Below are positions 26,032-34,907 of a stretch of 45,789 nt of DNA, piece after piece. The first letter of the stretch is position 1; each line of letters begins with the position of its first letter. Both the position numbers and the translations under genes were made by a program. Source of the DNA: a virus (Duplodnaviria > Caudoviricetes). The notes beneath the pieces are model-generated. The model saw nothing but the letters and a program-made list of their open reading frames with translations, made no database searches and was not told the origin of the DNA. The stretch is taken from positions 1-45,789 of IMG/VR virus record IMGVR_UViG_3300018080_000041; one strand, 5' to 3'.

Positions 26032-26994
26032 CTAAGTGACCGTGGCCTCTGTGGTCGTGATTGCGTCGACCCGGCGAACCGGATGACCCTTGAAGGTCGT
26101 GACTTCCTTGCCCCAGATCTGGTCGGTGGACCAGTGGACGTTGGTCTTGTCCTTGGCAAGGATGTCGAACGCCGTCTTGACGTCCTGGTTGCAGTAGATC
26201 ACCGCACCGGCCGCCTGGAACGGACAGTCGTTAATGACCTCCAGGAGGTAGTCGTCGAGGTTGGCGAAGCTGGCCAAATTGATGTTGCACAGCCGCTTGA
26301 CACATCGCGTGTCATGAATCACCAGGCCACCATGCAGTTGGAAATGCGTACGGTACGCCTGGAACTGATTCGTGCCACCACTGTCTACTACCGTGCATTC
26401 GCCCAGGTCCGCCATCTTGACACCCAGGGTCTTGGACCCACGAGGGTAGACCATATGCACTCGATTGACGCCCCACTGAACCACCCAGATCGAGGTCATG
26501 GAGCCGGAGGCCGAGCCGCCGAAGCTGACCACGTTCGGGTTACTGACCGCGTTGTACCGCGGCTGCAGGCCCGTGAACGACGCAGGAGTGGTCACCTGGT
26601 CACCGGTGATGAGCGTGTTCGCCCATGTCTGAGACATCCCTTCCAGGAACGCCATGTCCTCCTGGGACCGGAACGCCTTCGGATTCGGAGCGGTATCGAC
26701 CAGCTCACAGTCGATCTCGCTGTAGGACTCCAGCATGCCGATAGCCTCGACGGCATTCTCGGTGCTGGACTTCTCTTTGGCGACGCCCCCGTTGATCTGC
26801 CGCCAGGAACCGGTCGGCAAATTCGTCCGAATCGTCACCTTGTGACCGAAGGTCGCATTGGCCTCCAGCCACACCTGGTCCTGAAGGATCTCGTTCGTCT
26901 CGTTCAGGACCTCGGCGATCTGCAGGAGCTTTTTGTTGTGCGTCCGCTTGGCCAGCTCCACGAAGCCAAGGTTGTTTTGGGTCAATGTAGCCAT
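26032..26994 (-). CDS. Major capsid protein (BPP-1 Bbp17-like, HK97 fold)
   Basis: IAEVLNETNEILQD, RTNLP..WR, FRSQED.AFLEGMSQ, TSIWVVQWG and PVRRVDAI motifs. Confidence 0.92.
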   Translation of the reverse strand: MATLTQNNLGFVELAKRTHNKKLLQIAEVLNETNEILQDQVWLEANATFGHKVTIRTNLPTGSWRQINGGVAKEKSSTENAVEAIGMLESYSEIDCELVDTAPNPKAFRSQEDMAFLEGMSQTWANTLITGDQVTTPASFTGLQPRYNAVSNPNVVSFGGSASGSMTSIWVVQWGVNRVHMVYPRGSKTLGVKMADLGECTVVDSGGTNQFQAYRTHFQLHGGLVIHDTRCVKRLCNINLASFANLDDYLLEVINDCPFQAAGAVIYCNQDVKTAFDILAKDKTNVHWSTDQIWGKEVTTFKGHPVRRVDAITTTEATVT

Positions 26995-27016
26995 CTCGCT
27001 ACCCTTTCTCTAGTAA

Positions 27017-27148
27017 TGGCCAAACAAAAAAGGCACGCGACTTTCGCCACGTGCCTCTGCATAGGCTCGTTGATGCAGCAACTCAGCGGGAGCTACCCGC
27101 CTGTGCCCACTCAGTTTTGTTTGGCCAGCTCAAACACGGTTACCCGTG
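27017..27148 (-). ncRNA. Multi-stem structured leader upstream of the capsid gene (putative cis-regulatory RNA)
   Basis: 13-bp perfect inverted repeat (27017-27029 with 27115-27127) enclosing three hairpins, one with a GAAA loop and U-tract; one further hairpin at 27135-27148. Confidence 0.55.
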
Positions 27149-27152
27149 CGAA

Positions 27153-27872
27153 CTACACCGCTTCCTTGCCCATGTTCGGGCTGTTCTCGTACTCGAACAC
27201 CGGCATGCCGTTGGCGTCAGTGGTTATCCCACCATCGCCACCGCCATCACCCCGCACGGAACTGTCTTCGGCCGTTCGCACGCCGATCTGATGGAACGCC
27301 TTGAGCACCGTTGGGTGGTTGCCCAGGCCTGCCTGATCCAGGACTTGCTTCAACGCGTCGCCACCGATGTCAATGACGGCCCGACGCATCAACTCAGTAT
27401 TGGCGTCGTACTTGTCACCCCACTCCTTCCGGAGTGCAGCCTCGCCGTCCTTGACCGCCTTGACACGAGCATCGGCTTCTGCCTGGTACAGGGCTGCCTG
27501 GAGCTCATTGAACTTTGCATGCAAGCCCTTCGCCTGCTCGTTCGACAAGCCTAGTTCGTGGAAGATCCCACGCCACTGAGCCTCAGCCTCCTCACTGTAC
27601 TGCATGCCTTCCGGCAATTGAGGTCGCTGCAGCTCATACCCATCCGGCTTCTCCGGCCTTCCCAGCCGATTGTAGAACTCGGCCTTCTGCTCAGCGGTCG
27701 CCTCTTGCGTCAGTAATGGCACGCTGTTGGAGAGCTTCCCATCGGCCTCGATGAAGGCCCTACCCAAGTCCGACACATTTTCAAACTTGGTAAGGGTCTC
27801 GTTGGCCTTCAGGTCATCGCCCAACTGGGCCATCCATCCCGGCGATCCGCCGTTGTTATTCGTCTGTGTCAT
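27153..27872 (-). CDS. Capsid scaffolding protein
   Basis: FYNRLGRPEKPDGY, HELGLSNEQA, LRKEWGDKYD and GLGNHP motifs; directly upstream of the capsid gene. Confidence 0.85.
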   Translation of the reverse strand: MTQTNNNGGSPGWMAQLGDDLKANETLTKFENVSDLGRAFIEADGKLSNSVPLLTQEATAEQKAEFYNRLGRPEKPDGYELQRPQLPEGMQYSEEAEAQWRGIFHELGLSNEQAKGLHAKFNELQAALYQAEADARVKAVKDGEAALRKEWGDKYDANTELMRRAVIDIGGDALKQVLDQAGLGNHPTVLKAFHQIGVRTAEDSSVRGDGGGDGGITTDANGMPVFEYENSPNMGKEAV

Positions 27873-28170
27873 TGATTCCAAGCTCCTTTTGCAGTTCTGT
27901 GGCCCACTCTTCGCTGCTCTGGGCCAGGGTGTGCATGTCAACCCCTACGATCCCGCACTTACCCAGCAGCCGCATGGCTGCATTGTGTCGTATTCGGGCC
28001 TCGTCATCCTCGATCACGTCGAAGAAGTTCAAGTCAGCCAGGATGTCCAGGAGCACCCCACGAGCCTGGGCCGAACCCAGGAGCGTGTTGCGATATTGCT
28101 GCACGAGTCGCCGCTTACTGCGATAATCCTGCCGCCGCTGCTCCAGGTTGTCCTGGTCAATCCTATCCAC
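27856..28170 (-). CDS. Conserved head-module protein (Bbp19-like)
   Basis: YRNTLLGSAQARGVLLDILADL pattern; between portal and scaffold genes. Confidence 0.65.
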   Translation of the reverse strand: MDRIDQDNLEQRRQDYRSKRRLVQQYRNTLLGSAQARGVLLDILADLNFFDVIEDDEARIRHNAAMRLLGKCGIVGVDMHTLAQSSEEWATELQKELGINDTDE

Positions 28171-28474
28171 TCAAATTGATACCCTTGTGCTTACCCCACG
28201 TGGTCGTCTTGAAGACCTTCTGGTTCAGCTTCAGGACCTTGGCCTCCAACGTCTCGACCCGCCGCTTCAGATCGGCGAGCTGGTGATCGGCCTCCGACGC
28301 AACCTCCTGTGGAGCATTGTCAACATTTGTTTGCTCAGGGGGGCTCACGTCCTCATCAGGGGCGTGGGGGGGCTCGGTCGGTGTCTGGGAAGGGTTCTGG
28401 CCCTCGACGTCCTGCGGCAATTCTGGGGCCTCTGACGGCTCCACGGTCCTCTTGGTCTTCTTCTTTGCCATCAT
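28163..28474 (-). CDS. Hypothetical protein (acidic/Pro-rich, C-terminal coiled coil)
   Basis: AAAGGAG RBS; tight packing after the portal gene. Confidence 0.65.
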   Translation of the reverse strand: MMAKKKTKRTVEPSEAPELPQDVEGQNPSQTPTEPPHAPDEDVSPPEQTNVDNAPQEVASEADHQLADLKRRVETLEAKVLKLNQKVFKTTTWGKHKGINLSG

Positions 28475-28482
28475 AGCTCCTT

Positions 28483-30135
28483 TCAGGCCACCAGATGGCC
28501 TGTCACGGCCTCTAGTGGCGATCCTTCTTCGATGGGTGCGTTCATGTTTCGAGCTGCTTCCGACCCAGTCTTTGCCATCTCGGCCATCTGCTGCTGCTGT
28601 GCCGCTTGCCGCTCGGCCTGGATAAGCTGCTCAACCTCTTCTTCGGTTCGCAACACGTCCTGCGGGAAGCCGGAGGCCTCGGCCAGCCTGCGGGCCGTCT
28701 TGGTCGGATTGATGACGTGGCGTGCCTCCGGGTAGATCTCGATCATTGGCACCAGGGCACCCAGCCCCTGGTTGATCCCCTGCGTCTGCTGGAGCCGCTT
28801 CTGGGCCTGGGCCAGGGGACCGATGTAGTCCACGTCGATGTTGCCGCTGGATTCCATCAAAAGCCGCTCGGGCGGGTCGGGCAGTCGCCCGGCTCGTCGT
28901 TCTATTTCAAATGCCCGATCCATGAGCGGGTCCAAGCAATCTGCGTTCAGCCGACCGATCTGCCCACCCATCACCACGGCCTTTTCACCCTGACGCTCCA
29001 GAACTTCCGTCGCTGTCATCTCTCGCTCGGCGTTGGCCATCATCATGAAGAAATCCACACGGAAATGCTTGTGGATGAGGGCCTCGGTCTTCTCCTCGCG
29101 ATCAATGCCGATAGGATATTTGATGTCCGTCCGCACCGGCGTAACAACACGCTGGTGGTCTATGTAGTAGTTGATCCCCTTCGGCCGAATCCGCAGTTTG
29201 CCCTTCAGTTCCTGCGGGGCGTTGTATGCGGGCTCCACGGCGTAGTGGGCTGACTGCAGCAGGGTCCTACTGATCTGGTTGACGGTCTTGATGTCACAGA
29301 TTGCATCCATCGCCGGGGATCGGCCATACGTCTCCTTGCTGTTCTTCCGCGTCCGCCAGGTACACGTCGGCAGGCTGTCATACCCGCTCTTGCGTGCCGT
29401 CGTCTCCGACTTCTCGCAGATGTACACCGACGCGAAGGGCTTGTTGCTCGACGCCGAGCTATTCGGCAGCCTGTCTGTGTTCGGGTACAGGCAATGCACA
29501 AAATTCCACTTGTCAAACGGCGTCTCCTTCGCGGCACGAACCAGGACCTCGGGCAGATTGTTCTCTCCAAACCGCTCGACGGCATTGCGGGCATCCAGCT
29601 GCAATTCCCGGTGCAACAGCCCCACGCCCCCGCGGCGATTCTCCGCGATGTACACGTCGTATGGATAGAGCACATCAAACACAATGTCGCCGCGATCCAG
29701 GTCCTCCTCGATGAACATCGTCGCCGTACCAATGGACCCGGCATCATAGAAGTACTCCGCCATGGCCGGATAGAAGTTGGTCCGCCGGAACACGCCGTAC
29801 AGGTGCTCCTCAACATCCTGGAGCCACAGCTTGATCTGCGGATCGTCCATCAGCCAGGTCTCAGCAACCTGCAACCGGAACCAGGATGACGCCTGACTTA
29901 CCAGGTTGCCCTGCATGCCATCCGCCCAGATCTGCAGGGCGTCGGCACCCACGCCGCTGTAGGCATCCAGGCCACGCCTCTTGACGTTGCCCACATGATC
30001 GTCGGCCTTGCCACGCCGCCAGGCCACCAGGTCACAGATGTCGTCCCACACCTCTTCCCACGGCTGCCGCACCTGCTTGAGCTGCCTGTGCCGCCCCAAG
30101 AGATCCTTTGCAAGTTGGTCTGGTCCTTCCTTCAC
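28483..30135 (-). CDS. Portal (head-tail connector) protein, T7/BPP-1 type
   Basis: YGRSPAMDA, MTATEVLERQGEK and YIGPLAQAQK motifs. Confidence 0.95.
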   Translation of the reverse strand: MKEGPDQLAKDLLGRHRQLKQVRQPWEEVWDDICDLVAWRRGKADDHVGNVKRRGLDAYSGVGADALQIWADGMQGNLVSQASSWFRLQVAETWLMDDPQIKLWLQDVEEHLYGVFRRTNFYPAMAEYFYDAGSIGTATMFIEEDLDRGDIVFDVLYPYDVYIAENRRGGVGLLHRELQLDARNAVERFGENNLPEVLVRAAKETPFDKWNFVHCLYPNTDRLPNSSASSNKPFASVYICEKSETTARKSGYDSLPTCTWRTRKNSKETYGRSPAMDAICDIKTVNQISRTLLQSAHYAVEPAYNAPQELKGKLRIRPKGINYYIDHQRVVTPVRTDIKYPIGIDREEKTEALIHKHFRVDFFMMMANAEREMTATEVLERQGEKAVVMGGQIGRLNADCLDPLMDRAFEIERRAGRLPDPPERLLMESSGNIDVDYIGPLAQAQKRLQQTQGINQGLGALVPMIEIYPEARHVINPTKTARRLAEASGFPQDVLRTEEEVEQLIQAERQAAQQQQMAEMAKTGSEAARNMNAPIEEGSPLEAVTGHLVA

Positions 30136-30138
30136 ACG

Positions 30139-30342
30139 CTACCCCAATAGCGACCGGCTGCCCACGTTTGGCGAACCGAGTGTAGATTGGTCCGCAATGA
30201 GGGTCTTATGCCGACCCATGGCACGCCGCCGTCTCTCTCGCTCAAAGTCTCGAATCCTGTCCATGTCCGGATCGTCCGGGGTGTGTACCGGAGGTGCCGG
30301 TGGAATCGGTGGTGGTTTGCTTGCAGCCCCAGATGATCCCAT
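30139..30342 (-). CDS. Small virion-assembly protein between TerL and portal
   Basis: MG start, Pro-rich then basic segment, SLLG C-terminus; TAATG coupling to terL. Confidence 0.7.
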   Translation of the reverse strand: MGSSGAASKPPPIPPAPPVHTPDDPDMDRIRDFERERRRRAMGRHKTLIADQSTLGSPNVGSRSLLG

Positions 30343-31961
30343 TATACAGTCCTCCGCAGTCCAAGTTCTAGCGGATCATAGTCGTCGTCCACAGGCCCAT
30401 CGGGCGACTCCAGGCCCTTCAGTGGGTCTGCCAGGAATCGCCCGACAATCCGGTCAAACCGATAGGCGACCGACAGGTATCGAAAGGCGTCCGCCCCATG
30501 CGAAGACCAATCATGCAGGGGCTTGTCATCGAATCGCTCCAGCTTGTCGTTCCAGGCTGTGCGGTACGCCTCAAGGCACTCAATGCCCCTCTGGCACTTC
30601 GTCGCGTCAAACCAGCAGAAGGGAATCACGTTGCGAACGGCATCGATGCCATCCTGCAGATTGTGCTCCTGGCCCACCCGGAACTCGATGCCCAGCTCCC
30701 GAGCGGTCTCCCATCGACTCACCCCGGAGCCCAGCTCTCGCACCTTGATATCCTGCGGGGCCCAGTGGCCGTCCTCGGCATACACATACGGCCTGTCCCG
30801 CAGGACCTTGATATAGTGCTTCAGGCCCTGCCCTGAATTCTCGTAGTAGTCAATCAGGTGGACCTCACGGCCGACGAACTGGGCGAACCAGATCGTCATC
30901 GAGTCCCGCATGCCCAGGTCCCAGAAAGTGTACACCGGGATCGCCGGGTCGTACGCAACATGGCCAATCCGCCCTTCGCTGCGAGCCACGCCCATCTGCT
31001 CGCCGTAATACGATCCCTCGATGGCAGCTCGGAACGCCTCCTCCGGCGTACTGGGATGTTCCTGGGTCATCTTGGTGCCCAGACCATTGGTGCCATCCCG
31101 CGTAAACACATACCAGGCCCGCTGGCCCAGCCGGAGCCGCGTGGTCATGCGGGCCTCAACAGAGTCAAAATAGGCGTGATCCTTATCACTGATTTCGACC
31201 AGCTTGGCCTCGTCATCTGGAAGCGTGTTGGACGGCTTGCGAAACCAGGGGAAGAAATGGAACCTGAACTCCCGGTTGCCTAGCCTGCGTCCCGTCTGGC
31301 GGGCTGAGGCCGTCACCTGCTCGCTTCTCTTGCAGAGGCGGGCAAAGTCGCCCACCGGCCCCTCGGCCGTGCTCTCGACAAACACAATGGCCTTGTCGTG
31401 GCAGGCCGGGAATGTCCCCGTGGCCAGCTCCTCAGCCTTCAGGGGATATCTCGCACACAGCTTGCCGTGCTCGCTGACGTGCAAGAACTGGATCGTGTCG
31501 GATCGCATAGAGATCCCAACACGCAGGTTGCTATTGTTCTTCAGCAGCAGCTCGTTCGAATCGCACTTGATCGCTGGAATGCGGGCCAGCAACGCCCCGG
31601 GCAGATTCTCGTACGGGTACTTGACCTTCTTGCGAAAGATGTTACGCACATCCTCCATGCGATGGGCGATGATGCCCGCCGTAACATTCGAGTTGAATAG
31701 GCAGAGATCCAATCCAAACAAATCGATCAGGGTGGTAAAGCCGAGCTGCCTGGCCTTCAGGATAACATTCCGCCAATGGAGTTGGGACAGCAAGTCCAAC
31801 TGGGCACGGTTCGGTATGAACTGTACCCTGCTGCCATCCTGGTCCACGATCCAGTATAGATGACTGAGTCGCCATCGGCGGTCCTTGAGATTCTCCCCGA
31901 ACGCATCGAGGTTCCATGCACAATCCTGATAATGAGCTGAGCTGGTTTCAGTGGCTGCCAT
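30342..31961 (-). CDS. terL: Terminase large subunit
   Basis: Walker A ILKARQLGFTT, Walker B LHVSE, ESTAEG coupling motif; nuclease motifs WDLG and HDWSSHGADAFRY. Confidence 0.96.
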   Translation of the reverse strand: MAATETSSAHYQDCAWNLDAFGENLKDRRWRLSHLYWIVDQDGSRVQFIPNRAQLDLLSQLHWRNVILKARQLGFTTLIDLFGLDLCLFNSNVTAGIIAHRMEDVRNIFRKKVKYPYENLPGALLARIPAIKCDSNELLLKNNSNLRVGISMRSDTIQFLHVSEHGKLCARYPLKAEELATGTFPACHDKAIVFVESTAEGPVGDFARLCKRSEQVTASARQTGRRLGNREFRFHFFPWFRKPSNTLPDDEAKLVEISDKDHAYFDSVEARMTTRLRLGQRAWYVFTRDGTNGLGTKMTQEHPSTPEEAFRAAIEGSYYGEQMGVARSEGRIGHVAYDPAIPVYTFWDLGMRDSMTIWFAQFVGREVHLIDYYENSGQGLKHYIKVLRDRPYVYAEDGHWAPQDIKVRELGSGVSRWETARELGIEFRVGQEHNLQDGIDAVRNVIPFCWFDATKCQRGIECLEAYRTAWNDKLERFDDKPLHDWSSHGADAFRYLSVAYRFDRIVGRFLADPLKGLESPDGPVDDDYDPLELGLRRTV

Positions 31962-32587
31962 CAGGCATACTCTCCACTAATCTCGCCCGCACCACATCCT
32001 CCCGCATTGGCCGAAACTCCAGCATCACCGTCTCGCCCAGGAGAATCCGCCTCAGCAGGCTCACCTGATCCTCCCGCGTCAGCAGCTGCCCCACTGGCAC
32101 CGTCAAGATGTCTTGTAGCTCCATCTACCTGCTCCAGCAGCCTGGCAATCGGGTCGGTGTCCAGCTCGATTGCATCCCCTTTCGGCCACCGCTCCGGATC
32201 GCGATTGCCCAACACATACTTGATCGCTCCGACGTCGGGGAGCACTCTCTTCCGCACCCGCTTGACTACGCGAGTCACTACCTCGCCACCTTCCTCCCCG
32301 GGAAACGCCCGTTCCTCCCGGGTGGTCTCGGTGTACGAAAACCCTTTCACCCGCCGCAGTAACGAGCTTTCGGCCTCACGACAATACAGCGTATCTTGCA
32401 CCTGCTGATACCGCTTGTGACCGCGAGCAATGGAGGTTTCTAGCTCTTCATTCTCCTGTCGCCACCGGAGCAGTGTCTTGGGCATCACCCCAAAGAACCT
32501 CGCCATCTGGCTGAACGTCTTGCCCTCGGCAGCAAGCTGCTCGGCCTGTCGTGCATACACCTTTTTGTATTCGCTCGGTCGTGCCAT
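31961..32587 (-). CDS. terS: Terminase small subunit (HTH); reading frame open upstream to 32986
   Basis: RPSEY..FSQMARFFGV..TLLRW HTH, PDVGAIKYVLGNR.PERW motif; immediately before terL. Confidence 0.82.
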   Translation of the reverse strand: MARPSEYKKVYARQAEQLAAEGKTFSQMARFFGVMPKTLLRWRQENEELETSIARGHKRYQQVQDTLYCREAESSLLRRVKGFSYTETTREERAFPGEEGGEVVTRVVKRVRKRVLPDVGAIKYVLGNRDPERWPKGDAIELDTDPIARLLEQVDGATRHLDGASGAAADAGGSGEPAEADSPGRDGDAGVSANAGGCGAGEISGEYA

Positions 32588-32986
32588 CAGTTTCGTACGG
32601 TCCTGTACAGAACTGTACAGCCCCACCATCGTCGCATCATGAAACAGCTCGCTCAACCAGGCTAGATCCACCAGGTTGACTCGCCGGTCAAAATTCCAGT
32701 CCCCCAACAGAACCGGCGACCTCTGCCATTCGCACCGCTTCAGATGATAGCCCCAGAACCACAACCATTCCCCGGCGGTCACGTTCGGGTCGGCCGGATC
32801 GACCGTCTGCAGCCAATTACTAGCCATCATCTCCAGCGGATCGCGGCCCGTGGCCGTCACCTGCAAGTGGATCATGCAATACACGCACAGCTTGGCCCGG
32901 TCGTCACCGCAGTACCGCTCTGGATACTTGCAGTCCCGTGGATGCAGTCCCACGGCCGCCAACACAATCACGACTAATCCATACAT
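32588..32986 (-). CDS. Hydrophobic-leader, Cys-rich, dockerin-like segment in frame with TerS (no stop between)
   Basis: GGAGG RBS before ATG 32986; MYGLVVIVLAAVG leader; LEMMASNWLQ and GDWNFDRRVNLVDLAWL dockerin-type motifs. Confidence 0.6.
32594..32620. repeat. Three GTAC-centred palindromes at 10-bp period
   Basis: GTAC at 32595, 32605 and 32615; resembles the origin array at 40891-40930. Confidence 0.75.
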
Positions 32987-33082
32987 GGGCCTCCCTGCCC
33001 GAATGCACGAGATCCGTCTCGTCTGCTTAGATTGTGACAAATAACTGTGGAAAGTCACTCAACGGGAGCCATTGAGAAACCC

Positions 33083-33120
33083 AAAAGTGGGCGGGCCAGC
33101 CCACGGCGACCGGCCCACCC
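33083..33120 (-). terminator. Intrinsic terminator-like hairpin 2 before the late operon
   Basis: GGGUGGGCCGG/CUGGCCCGCCC stem (G-U pairs only on the minus strand), then ACUUUU. Confidence 0.6.
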
Positions 33121-33144
33121 TTCTGGAGGAGGAGTGAGAAACTC

Positions 33145-33189
33145 AAAAAGGGGTGACGGGGGAGACCTGTTGGTTAAAGCCCGCCACCC
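33145..33189 (-). terminator. Intrinsic terminator-like hairpin 1 before the late operon
   Basis: GGGUGGCGGG/CCCGUCACCC stem, then CUUUUU; large loop. Confidence 0.55.
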
Positions 33190-33226
33190 TCGGAGGGGAG
33201 AACTTGCTTGTCACATAGTCACTTGC

Positions 33227-33823
33227 TCAGCATGGATCAATCCACGACTCCCGGCGGTCCATCAGATCCACAATCTTATGGGTCAATTCCCGCGTGGCCT
33301 TGATATCACTCAGGGCATCATGTGCTTGCAAGTCGATAGCAAAATGCTTGCACAGTGTCCCCAGGGTCAACTTCCTTCCCTGTATCCACTCCAGCAATCC
33401 CGTGCCCGCAAGGAACTGGGCGACCGGATAGGGATCAATCGCATACCCAAACCAGTAGCTGCCGAAAAACCTCTCATCCTGGGCCCGCGACTCGGCCCAC
33501 AGGAAATCACAGTCAAACTCGACGTTATAGCCACCGTACCACGCCTTGTCCGTCCGGTTCCACTTACTGATCCACATGTCCAGATCAGCTATGAACTGTC
33601 GCCAGCCCAGCTTTCGAGCCGGGAACGCCATCACATCATCCAGCGTTCTACCCTGGACCTTAAGGGCCTTCGGACTGATATCCTCCGGCCGATCCGGCCG
33701 CATCAGGATGTTTCGCTCTCCCACAATCCCACCATCCGTCACCATCTGGTAGGCAAGCTGCACGATCTCGTGCTTCTCCGGGTCCAGGCCCGTCGTCTCC
33801 ACGTCAAACCAAAAGACCTTCAT
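33227..33823 (-). CDS. DEDDh 3'-5' exonuclease (DnaQ-like)
   Basis: FDVETTG, GYNVEFD and AHDALSDI (ExoI-III motifs). Confidence 0.93.
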   Translation of the reverse strand: MKVFWFDVETTGLDPEKHEIVQLAYQMVTDGGIVGERNILMRPDRPEDISPKALKVQGRTLDDVMAFPARKLGWRQFIADLDMWISKWNRTDKAWYGGYNVEFDCDFLWAESRAQDERFFGSYWFGYAIDPYPVAQFLAGTGLLEWIQGRKLTLGTLCKHFAIDLQAHDALSDIKATRELTHKIVDLMDRRESWIDPC

Positions 33824-34059
33824 TCTTTGGGCTCCTTCTGCTCTTCGGCCAATGACAATGCCAGATCAATCCTGGCAACCGTATCTTCTGTGATCTGGTG
33901 TCGACCAGGCCGCTCCAGGTACGACTGCCGCTGCACACTCCATCCCACCCGATCCGCAAATCCCTGCTGCGTCAAGCCTGCCTTCTCTCGGGCCTCCACG
34001 AGCCACTCCCCGCGATACACCAGGTACTCCAGGGTCACAACCTTCACCTGCAGCTTCAT
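33820..34059 (-). CDS. XRE-family HTH protein
   Basis: AREKAGLTQQGFADRVGWS..SYLE. Confidence 0.85.
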   Translation of the reverse strand: MKLQVKVVTLEYLVYRGEWLVEAREKAGLTQQGFADRVGWSVQRQSYLERPGRHQITEDTVARIDLALSLAEEQKEPKE

Positions 34060-34355
34060 ACGAGCCCCCCATCGATGGCCTTGACCGGGGGAAGGTTTCC
34101 CGCCTTCCGCATGCGGATCAGCTTGGCAGGCAACGACAGCGGATCGAATCCCCGACTGGTTTCCCGTACAAGCTTTAATTGCTTCACCAGATCCACATCG
34201 CCAATCTTCAGGGGGTCCGGCAAGCCCGCCGCCGCATAGGTCTGCCGAATGAGCAGCAACGACAGCACCGGATCACCTACGATCACGTCGGCCGCCACCG
34301 GAGTCCCACTGTTCAGTTCTTTGTACGCCGCAATCAAGTCTCTATCGCGTATCAT
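34056..34355 (-). CDS. Hypothetical protein
   Basis: ORF coupled to the downstream gene (ATGA overlap). Confidence 0.55.
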   Translation of the reverse strand: MIRDRDLIAAYKELNSGTPVAADVIVGDPVLSLLLIRQTYAAAGLPDPLKIGDVDLVKQLKLVRETSRGFDPLSLPAKLIRMRKAGNLPPVKAIDGGLV

Positions 34356-34581
34356 TCCAGCACTCCCTGCACAGCCACTCGCCATCCAGATCCACAAACG
34401 CCTCCCTGTCGCGGTGGCGTACACACGGGAACGCCACCCCATACTCATTCACGCCACGCCGGGCCGCCTCTTCCAGGGCCCGCTTTTGCATGTACCGATA
34501 CCCGGCGACCGACGTGTGCAGGTGGCCTCCCTTGTCCACGCGAACGTACTGCCGCCAGTCATCCCACGCCATAGACCCCAT
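34342..34581 (-). CDS. Hypothetical protein with C-terminal CxxH/CxxC zinc-binding motif
   Basis: TGATG coupling to the upstream gene; CVRH...CREC. Confidence 0.5.
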   Translation of the reverse strand: MGSMAWDDWRQYVRVDKGGHLHTSVAGYRYMQKRALEEAARRGVNEYGVAFPCVRHRDREAFVDLDGEWLCRECWNDTR

Positions 34582-34907
34582 CACGCAACCGCTAGCGTGT
34601 CCCACACACACGCAAACAGATCCGGGACAGGCTCGCCGTTCTGCCGCCGCTCGGACACGATCTCGCCGTGCCGCTCGAATACACGGACAGCCTGGTTACG
34701 CAGATCCTTTTTCGTGAACCCACGGGCCCTCACCAGGTTGTACTTGAGCCACACGGTCCCGCGTGGCAACCCAAACCGGTGAAGAACCGCCTCGAACCCG
34801 GCATCCCCAAGCCGCAAGACACGAGTGAGCCCATCCTCTGCCGCGTGCAACCTGGCGGCCTTAATCAATCCCGGCCGCGTCTTGCACCGATCATCCATCC
34901 CGCTCAT
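34581..34907 (-). CDS. Hypothetical protein
   Basis: AGGAG RBS; TGATG coupling after the MazG-like gene. Confidence 0.6.
   Translation of the reverse strand: MSGMDDRCKTRPGLIKAARLHAAEDGLTRVLRLGDAGFEAVLHRFGLPRGTVWLKYNLVRARGFTKKDLRNQAVRVFERHGEIVSERRQNGEPVPDLFACVWDTLAVA

Noticed and set aside
27081-27114. Hammerhead ribozyme suggested by CUGAG and GAAA in the capsid leader
   Set aside because: The CUGANGA core is not matched, and GAAA is a hairpin tetraloop rather than a junction strand.
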